Source of the DNA: Amoebophrya sp. A120
Lineage: Eukaryota > Protista > Dinoflagellata
Assembly (NCBI GenBank): GCA_905178155.1
Contig: CAJINV010000002.1
Location: forward strand, 3,362,515-3,426,514
Length of the DNA stretch: 64,000 nucleotides
Direction: 5' to 3'
Positions 23,501 to 35,500 of the stretch are shown here, one piece after another. The position numbers and the translations under genes are program-made. The notes beneath the pieces are model-generated. The model made no database searches. It had not been told where the DNA came from and saw nothing but the letters and a program-made list of their open reading frames with translations. Each line of letters opens with the position of its first letter. Within the stretch, counting starts at the first letter, position 1.

Positions 23501-26500
23501 TTCACGAATGCGCGAACAACGGACGCACAGGAGGGGGCTGCCACTCCGTGCTCACCGTGATACTATCAAATGTAAAAATGTCTGGGCCTGGAAGAATGCA
23601 ACTTGTCATGCTAAATCTGCAGCATGCACAAATCTGTGTTGCCTGATTACCAAAAGTCGTCCAGTTGTGACCAAGTCGGGAGGTAGTTTCTCATCCAGGA
23701 TAGGCATTAGAAAGGTCTCGCGGAATCTGTCATGCTAGGTCCTGCATTCCAGACCTCATGGGTCATGGAGAAGCAGCATGACAAATCGCGCATTCTTCCA
23801 GACCCAGACACAACTTTTGCATTTGATAGCTCCGCGGCGGCAGCAATGAGCTGGAGCGGACGGAGAAAATTTTTCCCGGGAAGAGTTGGGGGTCCAAAAC
23901 CACCAACGTAAGCCCGGTGCCCGGCGACTGGCTGACGCAGCTGGCACCGTCGGCTTGGGACCGCGTGGACGAAGGTATGGCACCGATCTGGAACGATATC
24001 AAGGACGAACTCGACAAGGCGCGGGACAACGGGGACGACATCATCGCGATGACATGTAAGCCCAGACCGTGCCAGCTCCACAGCAACGGGGAAGGCTGGG
24101 GCGTGGGGGTGGGTGTGCCATCTTACGCCGCCATGGCGATCACGTATTACGACAATTCAGCAGATTACAACGTTGCGTGCAGGCAAAGCGCGTGCTGCAA
24201 TGGCTACTGGTTCGGCCACTCGGTGTACGGAAAGACATGGGATTACGCGTGCGCCGACACGATTACTACCGGGACCACTGGACAACTACCAACCGACAGC
24301 AATCGAAACCAAAAAGCCCGCACGGTAATCGTCGGCGACTACATTCACCGTGAGAACATCAAGAAAACGGAAACCCTGGACGCGAGTATGGCGTTCTCAT
24401 ACGTTACATTCTCGAGCTGTTGCATCGATCATGCTTTGTCCTTGTCATGCAAAATTACCAAAACCCGCCACGCGAGCAAGGCACTTTGCATGACAAAGGC
24501 AAAGCTTCGAAGGGCTTGGGCTACACAGAATGGAAATTGGTTGTGCCGAATTTGTGATGCGAGAGTTGCAGCAACAAGCCCCTGTCATATTTGCTATTCT
24601 TGCAGTTGCATCACAAAGTCATGGAAAGGTCGTTGAGAATGTAACGTTTGAGGACCGGATACCGAACAGCTGTAGCTTGTACTCCGGCATGGCTATCACA
24701 CAGAAAAAAGCTGGCAGGACATATTTGTAATGCGAAAATCAATACACAAAAAAACATCGCATTGCATATCCGAAACAGCATGCTACGGGGCCACCCATGA
24801 CAAGTTATTTTTGTGCGTATTTATTTTTGCATATACAAATATGCCCTGCCAGCTTTTTTCTCTGGGATAATGGCGGCCCAGTGCCAAAGGCATGACTGCG
24901 CTTCCCAAGGCGCAAACCAGTATGTGAACGGGAACAACGTCCTCACCACCTACGAGAAAATATCGCAGGAAAAAACTCTTTCACTGTAAACTTGTAATGC
25001 AGAAAGTGCATCTACTCAGAAGGGTTTGTCTTGCTATACATGCAAGACAGTGGAAGATTTTCTAGCTGTGTTTTCCCCTATAGGATGAAAACCTTGCATG
25101 GCAAATTTCCTCTGTCATGTAGGGCACACCTGTGAAGATGCAAAATAACTTGCAAAATCCTATACAGCGAAACACTTTTTCCACACGATAGAAAACGGCT
25201 CCCGGCTACTGGGACCGCCTGCAGAAGTGCTGCTTCCAGCCGAGTCCTCGGGATTACCAGTGTTCGGGCTGCGCTTGCCGCCACGGGACTGCGGCGTGCG
25301 CCCCGGCCACAGGCGTCCCGCAGAACGCGGACGAAAACGGACACGCGGTGTTTCAGATATGGCGTTCTCAAATGTTACAATCTCATCAATTGTATACATG
25401 AATTTGTGATGCAAGAATTGGAAAAGTAAAAAGAGGGAGCTTGCACCCCTCGCATCACAAATAATTGGGCGCAGATTTTCATGCTCTTTAGCCCTTCAAA
25501 AATTTGTCATGCGAAATAGCTCCATCGTGTGGATGCTGATGTGCATTCTGCATGACAAAACACGCACTAGTTGAGAATGTAACGCTTGAGAGCTCCATAC
25601 CAGAACTGTCAGAGCTGCAACACGCTGTACAGGGAACGGGTATCCTGTGCAAAAGTATCGTACTCGTAGTAATTGCAGCATGCATTACAAATCTTTTTCT
25701 TAAAGTAGATCCGCATGACAAATTTTATTTCCCATGCTGAGGAAATATGCATTTAAATTTATACGAGTGCGATGCTTTTGCATTGCATAACGGGACGGGT
25801 GGCCCAATGACAACAGCAAGAATAACGGCTGCTACCCTGTCTGCGGAGACCCAGCGGGCGTGCAGAAGTGTCACGAAAAGGAGAGCGGATCTGCGGCGAA
25901 TGCGTATCCACAGTAAATAATTTCCCGTAAACATACGAATGCAGTCTCTGCATGACAAAATTGGGCTTCGATCCTAGTTTAGCATGACAAGTGATGTTAC
26001 GCCCCGAATTCCTGAAATTTGTGATGCATTTTGTACACGTAGATGTACGTGAAATTTGTATTGCATAATGCGAAGACCTATCGCATCCCGTCGCCGGCCG
26101 ACACCTATTGTCCGCTAGAAGGCTCGATGACCACGGACAGCGCGATTTTAGCAGGAGACTACCCGGCGGCGAAGTGCCAGGACAAGTGCTGCCGCGTTGG
26201 CTGCAAATACCCGTCGGCGGGAACCCTGAACAAGATCGATGTCAGCGGCATGGTGCCCCAGCAATGGAGCTACTACTTGCGGCAGGCAATGTTCCTCCCG
26301 AGCAGTGGCGCAGCTCAGGAGCTTGATGGCGTGAGCTGCAAACCCGGCAAGTTCGAGAGCGCGAATGGGGCGAGGCCGAAGTTCCAATGCCCCAGCGCGG
26401 GCGCAGCGCTGAAGCTTGTCAGCGGATGCGACATCGCGGTCCCGGACCCAATCACTTCTTCCGGCACGGTATCAAATGCAAATACGTCTGGGTCTGGAAA

Positions 26501-29500
26501 CTTGTGATGCTGGTTGACAAAGACGAGGGTGCCTCAATTGAATGGCAAGCATGACAAGTTTTGGGGGTGCTACAGTCTTGGCTTTTCTGCATGACAAAGT
26601 CAGCTTCTGCATGACAGAAAAGTATGGCTTTTGGGCAATGTGCATGACAGACTTGAGAGTCATGTCAGACAAGCATGATAACCTCCCATTCTTCCAGACC
26701 CAGGCATATTTGCATTTGATGCACGGGCGCCGGCCTGACCGTGACCTGCTCGGAAGCGGACTGTCCGTGGGAGAAGCCCTACGTCCCGCTGAACTGCGCT
26801 CGGGGCCCGCAGCCCTGCGGCGACGGTTTCTGCGACAGTTGCGAAGTGAGCGGACCGGGGGCATTGCCAGCTGGAAAGGCCCTGCCGGCCGGGACAAAGC
26901 GGGGCATGTGCTGTCAGTACAGCCCAGCGGGGGCACAGGAGCGGCAGGCCGTCCACAAAGTCACGGCGTTATCAAGTGCAAATATATCTGGGTCTGGAAG
27001 ATTCTGATTGCGAGACTTGTCATGCTAGTCTGGCATGACTCTGAGCTCTGCATTGCGAGGCGATGGGTTACCCGGTCGGCAGAGCCGATCCACACGAACG
27101 AACGAACGATGCCCGCGAAGAGCTCCTCTTGTTTGTCATGCAAAAGCGCAGTTTCTCATGCGGAGTACGCACCTGTGAACCACGGAAAAACTTGTCATGC
27201 TGGGGAGCGCATTACAGTGTGCTTGCTATTCCCGTCCTTGCATCACAAGTTTCCAGACATCCAGGGATATTTGCAATGCATAGGCGTCGAGTGAATACAA
27301 CGAGATGCACTCTGTGAAGTACCTGGTTGACGGCAACCTCGCTGGCCCGATGTTGAACACGGCCGACAATGGCTTCAGCTCGCCAGGCCAGAAGTGCCCT
27401 TGGGTCCAGTTTGAGCTGCCGGGCGCGGACACGGAAGTGGGGAACGTGCAGTTGACCACGGTCCTCGATGACCTCTATCGCCTGCGCCGCCTGCTGTTCC
27501 TCACGGGGGCCTCTGATAACTCGGCGTGGAACCCGGGCAGTTCGCAGCGGCCCGAGGGCAAATTTGGACCCGGTGCGACCATGCAACAAGCCGGCATTCG
27601 GGTTCTGCTGACCAACACCGCACGCGACCGGTTTGACACGTCCGAATGGCATGAGGCAAACGGGGTGCGGAAATGGTGGCGAGGTAAGGCTCACGGCAAT
27701 GCCTGTCCGCAAGTCAACAACGCCGAAGTGTGCGAGTGGGTTCGCTGCCAACCCTCTGCTGCTGGCGTGAACGGCTGCAAAAACCGTTTTGTCGCGTCCA
27801 CTGCTGGCGGCCAGGAAGTCGGGACCTTAACAGTGAACTGCGCTGGGAAAAAGGGGAAGTATTTGACCATCGAGCTGCCGGGCGTTTCGGCATATGAATT
27901 GCAGAAGTAACGTACTAGTATGAATTGCAATACAAATTGGCTCAGCATTACAAATTGAATTTGTCATGCGGATTTGCCTTAGGGACTAGATTTGTAATGC
28001 ATAAATGCAATTAGTACGAGTGCGATCGTTTTGCACAGGATACGGCAGGCGGAGGAGACCAAATCCGGATTTTGAACTTGAACGAAGTGATATCATATGT
28101 AAAAACGTCCCCACCCGCCCATAGTCAAGTTGGGAAATCTGCAAGAAAAATCAGCAGTCTTTGACTGTTGCGCATAACAAGTTTGCGCTCGCTATGTGAA
28201 GATCCTGTTTAGCTAGTTCAGCAGCATGACAGATCTAGCCTATCATGCTGATTGGAGCCTGACAAATTACGAAACACGACTAGAGTGCTACGCTTCTCAT
28301 GCGGCTCCGCATGAGAAATATAATTCCCAGCATGAAGATTTTCATGACATTGACAACTATGGGGTTCTTGGGGCGTTTTTACACAGGATAAGTGAAGATT
28401 TCCCCGGTCATACCCTCCTCTCCGGAGTGCAGTCTGTTGCAGCAAAGCACGCAAAAATACGTGACCACTGCGTACTTGAACGGGCTGACTGCGGCCACCT
28501 ACGGCTCCGCCCCCTCCTGCCACGCGGTGCCGACGTGTCTCGACTTGTGCGGCGGCACGGCTGGAGAATGCAATGCCGGATGTGCAGGCGTCCGGGCATC
28601 AGGCCAGAGCTGGGAGACAGCTTGTTGCCTGAAGGGCGACGCGGACGCCCCCGGCGCGTGTGGCCGCGTCCGTTCGTTTCCGATGGCCGACGACCCCCGG
28701 GTTCTTGCGCTTCCCTCGCCACAGAAGTACTACTACCACGAGTGCGTGACGCTTCGGTTTTTCGATCAGGGAAAGTCCAAAAAGCCGAACGCGGGAAACA
28801 ACAAGCTGCTTCTATGCTGTGCAAAAGTAATATCGCACTCTTACTAATTGCAAATACGCATGACAAATCTTCATCCTAAGGTAAAACAGCACTACAAATT
28901 TCGTTTTTCTTCTTGCCAAAATTTGTAATGCAATTTATACTAGTAGTACGGTACTTTTGCAATGCATAGCTTCTCAAAGTGGACCACGGGGGTGACCCGG
29001 ACAAGATTTCTGACGGGCACATGGCTATGAGAGTGCAGAACCCCCCCTCCCCCTCATTATTTGTCATGCAAAATACCAAACCCACGCTTTGCCTCTTGAC
29101 ACTTTTCGCATGACAAGTTCTAGAAGCTCAAACAGGGCTAAGATCCTGGGTGAATTTGTCATGCAAAACCTGCATTCATCTTGCCGACGCTTGTATTGCT
29201 GTTTATGCCATACAAATGAGGGGGAGGGGGAGTTGTACACTCCCATAGTGGCATGCGGCGGAATAAACAGTTGCTCCTCCGGGGGGTACTGCAATGCCTG
29301 CAAGGTGATCGGGGGAAAGGACTATGGCAACTTTGAAGGCGCCTGCTGCCAGTGGCGCTCCACGGACAGCGCCAATGCCGGGGACTGGCACGCCAGCGAC
29401 CCGCGGTATCCACAGTAAATTTATTCCCGTACACGACGTACAAAAACAAATGCGGTCCCTGCATGACAAAATTGGGCTTCGATCCTAGTTTAGCATGACA

Positions 29501-32500
29501 ATTGTTACGCCCCAAAAAATTGGTGAAATTTGTGACGCACTTTGTCCACGTGTACAGGAAATTTGTATTGCATACGCGGGAGTGCAAGATTATCACGGCC
29601 CTGAAGGACTGGAGTGTGCAGCACTCTGTGACGGCAGCTATCAAATGTAAAAATGTCTGGGTCTGGAAGAATGCAACTTGTGATGCTGCATTAGGATTCC
29701 AAAAAAATCTGTATTGCATGAGTACCAAATGGAATGCAATTTTTTCTACGCTGAGAAGGCATTTGTCATGCAGAATAGGCATCAAGAAGCCTTCAAAAAA
29801 TCTGTATGGCTAGGGTATGCTTATGCATCACAGACATCATGGCTCATGCAAAACGTGCATGACAAATCTCGCATTCTTCCAGACCCAGACATTTTTACAT
29901 TTGATAGCAGCGTACCTGAACCAAGATTTTGGTGGCTTTCTGAATAAACCGCAAGGCCACCGCTCCTGCGTCGCTGTACCGAAGTGGGTATCGAATGCAA
30001 AAATGTCTGGGTCTGGAAGGTTGGAACTTGTCATGCTGTTTTTGGATTCTGAAAAAATTTGTATTGCTCGACCAGCAAGAAAGGTCCAGTTTGTGCTACG
30101 CGGACAGGACATTTCTCATGCAGAAGGCGCATCAGGAAGCCGTCTAAAAGTCTGCGATGGTAGGTCATGCATTACAGGCCTCATGGGTCATGAGAAATAT
30201 GCATAACAAATCTTGCATTCTTCCAGACCCAGACATTTTTGCACTTCATAGTGGGTCAGGTCGTACGAGCAGTCCTGCTTGTCAAAATGCAGCAACACGC
30301 TGGGACTGTGCAATCAATGCCCAAACCATCCGACCAACACCAATCTGTTCGGGGCGTGCTGCAAGAAGGGCGACAACAGCGCTACTCGCCCCTACGAGTG
30401 CGGTCTCGTCCAGGGCGGTTTTTCCTTCGCGGATCGGCTGAAAGACACGGCTTATGGGAACACGTTTTTTGTAGAAGATATGGCGTTCTCAAACGTTACA
30501 TTCTCAACTGTTACATGAATTTGTGATGCAAGAATCGCAAAAGTTAAAGGAAGGACCTTGCGCGTCTTGCATGACAGATTTGGCGCAGATTCTCAGCCTG
30601 TTTGGCCGTCTGAGAATTTGTCATGCGAAGCAGCTTGATGGCGTTATTAGTCAAGGTAATTTTGCATGACAAATCATGTAACAGTTGAGAATGTAACAGT
30701 TGAGAGCGCCATAGAAGAGTGTGTGTACGTACAAACGACCACCACTACGACTACCCCGGCCCCGGTCCACTGCGTGGGCCGGTGGGACCCTGCCGAGGAT
30801 ATCGCAACGCTGAAGACGCAGTGCACCAGCGGGAGCATTCTGATTCGGGAGTACCAAGTGACAACTCCGAGTCAACACGGCGGAAACGCTTGTCCAGCCG
30901 CGGATGGTGACGAATACGAGATAACCTGCCCCACGGATTGCGTCGGCGAGTGGAGCAAGACACGGCACCAATTAAAAGCTCAGTGCACGGGAAATGGGGA
31001 GACGTTTACCCGAACGTACACACGTTTGACGGAAGCCGCCCCTGGCAGCGAGAGGACACTCCCCGACGGAACTCCCACAACCTGGGGAACGGCCGGTCAG
31101 GCGTGCGCCCACGCGCAGAAGGAAACGGATTCGATCACCTGTGCCGAGTACCAGTGCACCTGCACGCACGGAACACCTCTCACCGGGTCGGAGTGTGGTC
31201 AGGAAGGGCAGACGCCCGGATGTGTCGAAGATGGGTGCCATGCTGGGCACCACCCGGAGCCCATCGGTGCTGGCAAATTTGAGTGCGTCGTCAACCAGTG
31301 CACCTGTTCGGTACCAGGCGGCACTGCTGCGACGGGAGTAGACTGCGATGAAAACGGGTCGACGGAAAAGTGCACCGACTGCAGCGACCTGGACGTGTAT
31401 TACAATGACGGCGGTATCTGTCGGGAGCACGAGTGCTCTTGCACGCACGGCACCGCGGCATCCGGTGCGGGCTGCGCCCTTGTAAACGGCAATAAAGTCG
31501 AAATGTGCACCGAATGCACGGCCCAAGGGTACTACCTCAACAGCGCTACCAAGCTTTGTGAGGAAAAGCAGTGCACCTGCGAGGGCGGGACGCCGGCCAC
31601 GGGACCGGAATGTCCGAATCACGACGACCAAAAGTGCATACGAATTGCAAAAGTTGTATCGTACTACATTACTAGTACAACTAGTAGTAGTGTACCTACT
31701 CGAAATGATCGCATGACAAATTTTCTCAGCATGAGATATGGAAACTGTGATGCGGATTCACCTTGAGAACGAGATTTGTCAAGCATGATTGCGATTACTA
31801 CGAGTGCGATCATACTTTTGCAATTCACAGTGCACCGTTTGCAACGACGCTGGGCTCCGGCTAACCGAGGACGGTGAGTGTCTGCAGAACAGCTGCAACT
31901 GTGTATTACAATGAGAAATGCCCTCACCCCCAGCTTGGCAGCCTCTGTATTGCAAACCTTTCCAACAGAAACATTCTCCATCTTGCATATCTCAGCATCA
32001 CAAATTTTCCATGCTGAATAGGTCAAATCTGTGTTGCGAAGTAGCCCAACAGCAGCCGGATCTGTTATGCACAAGGCACCTTGCCTGCCCTGATTCTGCA
32101 TCAGAAACGCTCGCAATTCTTTTATGCAAGACAAAAAGCTTTCACTTGGAAACTTTGCATGACAAACTTCTGCAAATTTCGGGGTGGGGGCATTTTTCAC
32201 TGTAATACTGTGCGCAGGGCACGGCCGCGGTGGGCGCGCACTGCACGAGCAACAACGGCCACATTTGCGCATCCTGCGAGCACGACGGATTGCGATTGGA
32301 AGTAGATGGAGACTCTACTTTTTGCAAGCAAAACGTCTGCACGTGCAACAACGGCACGAAAGCCGAGGGTGTTGATTGTACAATGCACAACGCGGAAATC
32401 TGCGTGTCCTGCGAGCACGACGGATTGCGATTGGAAGTGGATGGGGAGTTTACTTTTTGCCGGCAAAACGTCTGCACGTGCAACAACGGCACGCAAGCTC

Positions 32501-35500
32501 AGGGTGTTGATTGTACGGAACACAATGCGGAAATCTGCGCGTCGTGCGACCATGACTGGCTTCACGTGGACAAGAGCGAACACTGTGTGCAAAACGTCTG
32601 CACGTGCGCGAACGGGGAGGAGGTCAGTGGTGAAGCGTGCAAACAGCACGGGCTAGAGAATTGTGCCAGTTGCGATGCCAATGCCGGTTTTGCGCCGTTC
32701 ACGGTAGTTGATACTCGCGGGGAACAAGAGGACTCTGATACGGAAGTAGTAGAAGATGCGGGAGCTGCAAACACGACAACCATGGAGGCCGTCCACCAAG
32801 TTATTTGCTGGCCCACGTGTGCGATGCTGAAAAACCAGTGTAGTAGTACTGGAGGCGACCTAGTATATGCATTGCAAAAGTATCGTACTAGTAGTAATCG
32901 CATTACAAATTAGCTCCGCATGACAAATGGAATTTGTAATGCTGTTTTACTTTGAGATAAAAATTTGTATTGCATGACTGCGATTACTACGAGTACGATA
33001 CTTTTGCACAGGATATAGTGCCCGAAGGTGCCATGATCGTGCCGGACGAGAGGCAAAACACCTTTTGCACAGACCCGGCTATCAAATGCAAGTATGTCCG
33101 GGTCTGGGAGGTTGCCAGATTTGTCATGCTAGTCTGGCATGACTCTGAACTCTGTATTGCGTGGCCGCGAAAAGAGCTTCCTATCTGTCATGCAAAAACG
33201 CAGTTTCTCATGCGGATTACGCAACTCTGAACCACGGAAAAACTTGTCATGCTGGACAGCGCATTACAGTGAGCTCACTCGTCCCTTTCTTGCGTCACAA
33301 GTTTCCAGACCCAGACATTTTTGCATTTGATACCGGCCACCGCTTTACAACTTTCCTCGCCAGACGAGACCGGATCTTCATCTTCGTTTGTCTTGCGCCT
33401 GGAAAAGTACGTGCCTGGCATTCCGGAATGTGAGGCGGCGTGTTGTGTGGAAGCGAGCACAACGTCGACCACGACGACAACGACTATGGCTCCTGCGAAC
33501 GCCACCAGCATCGACGATTTGCGCGACATTATCGCTGTCGCGGCAAACTGTGAATTGGCGGTCGCCTTGCTGCGAGGGTTTCTGCAGCCTTTCGTTGCGG
33601 CCGAGACCATTACGCAGTCGGCCATGGACACACTTGTCGCTGATCTGCTCGCCGCGTGTCAGCAAGGAGGGGGTGACAACTCCACAGCTATGGATCACGT
33701 GCTCGACGAAGTGGATGACGTGATCTCCACGGTAACTGGCGGTGGAGCAGAAGCTCAACAACCAAAAGAAATCGTCTTCAAAGACGATGAGACCACATCA
33801 ACCGAAGAGCCACAGGGAGCAGGAGCGGAGACACTGGAAGACACCTCCAAAGAGGAAACAGCAGGCGTGGATATGGTCTGCATCATTCTGCTCGCCGGGG
33901 CTGCGCTGCTTCTCCTGCTCCTCTGTCTTGTCATTTTCTGTTGCTTCTGTCGCGGTGCGAAAGACGACGAGAAGGAGCCGGGAAACGAATTATCCCAAAA
34001 GTTGTTGCGGGATTCCGCCGCGGGGGCAGCGGCCCCCGGGGCTGAGGAGGGTGTCTCTGTGGTCGTGAAGAATTCGGACGGCCACACCCCCGTAGACTTC
34101 GCCCGCTCGGTGGTCTTGAAGGGCTTCCTGTCCGCCGGATTGTCGCGGGCGTACGCGGAAAAACTGGCCCAGCAGGTAGAGGACGAAAGTGTCGAGGACG
34201 ATGAACTCTTGTTGACGCCCACGGATCCGAGTGATTTGCAAATCCTCCGGAAGTATGCATGGCACAAGTACTACCGCACTACAACTAGTAGAAACTGCAT
34301 TAGCATGAAAAAAGGAGTTTGTCATGCGGGCTTAGCTTGGGAAACAGAATTATCATGCGTAACTGCAATTAGGTTTAGGACGAGTGCGATGCTTTTACAA
34401 TGCATAACCCGCTGGGCATGGACTTTGACGATTCCGACCCGGAACGGGTGGGCCGCATGCGGGAATTCCTCAACAATGTACATCAGAAGCAGCATGAAGA
34501 CCGGATTCACGAGCTGCAGGCGGAAGCGCGGAACACGGCGGCGGAGGCAGCAATCGCGGTATGCGTTGCAAATATGTCGGGGTCTGGAAACTTGTGATGC
34601 GAGTTGGACAATCATGAGGATGCCTCAATTGATGACATCAAAGCATGAGAAGTTTTTGAGTTGCTAGGTGTTGCCTATTCCGCATGGCAAACTGCGTTTC
34701 TGCTTCTGCATGAGAGAAAATTCGATCGCTCGGGTAAGGTGCATGACAGACTTGAGGGTCATGCGGGTCGAGCATGACAAGCCTTCCACTCTTCCAGACG
34801 CAAGCATATTTGCAATCCATACGCGGCCGAAGATCACGACGATTTAGTGGAGGCGAAGATGCGTTTGATCGAGAACGGTTACTCGCCTCACCTGGCCGGT
34901 TATCTGGCGGCCAAGTTGCTGGAAAAGCTCGCGGAAAAACGGGACAAAACGGACCCGGACCACAAGGGCCCGCTGATCCGGAAAAGCGCCGGGAATGTCA
35001 AGATTACGTTGGAAGACCTGCAAGAGTGGGATTGGGAGGGCCACGCAGAGCCGGAGGACCGGGCAAAAGTGCATGCCATGATCGACGCGGCTATCCACAG
35101 TAAATCATTTTCCGTACACGTACAAATGCTGTTTCTGCATGAGAGAAGTTGCCTTCAATCTCTATTACCATGACAGGTTTGACACTCCACGTTACGGAAA
35201 TTTGTCATGCATTTTGTACATGTGCGGGAAATTTGTATTGCATAATGGCTGTGGAAAGTGCCTTCGAAGCGGATTTTCAAAACTACCACCACCACTACGG
35301 CGAGGATCTGGAGCAGACTATGCATTTTGCAACAGCATCGTGGTACTACGTATAAATTGCATCACAAATTAGGACAGAAGTGGAGTTGTTTGTGTAATGC
35401 TGATTCAGGTTGTGAACAAAGATATTTGTGATGCAAGACTGCGATTTGCTCGATACTTTTGCAGTTCATACAGACCACGTTGCGCCGCTCGGTGGACGAA

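Larger units (their letters stand above)
27288..28400 (+). other. F-type lectin/discoidin-like galactose-binding-fold module in G2
   Basis: LVDGN..PWVQFEL..VGNVQL..TVNCAGKKGKYLTIELPG..ILNLNEVKI. Confidence 0.6.

Noticed and set aside
21835-30713. Nucleosome-periodic spacing of introners
   Set aside because: Exon lengths range from ~32 to >600 nt with no obvious period by eye. This needs genome-scale statistics.
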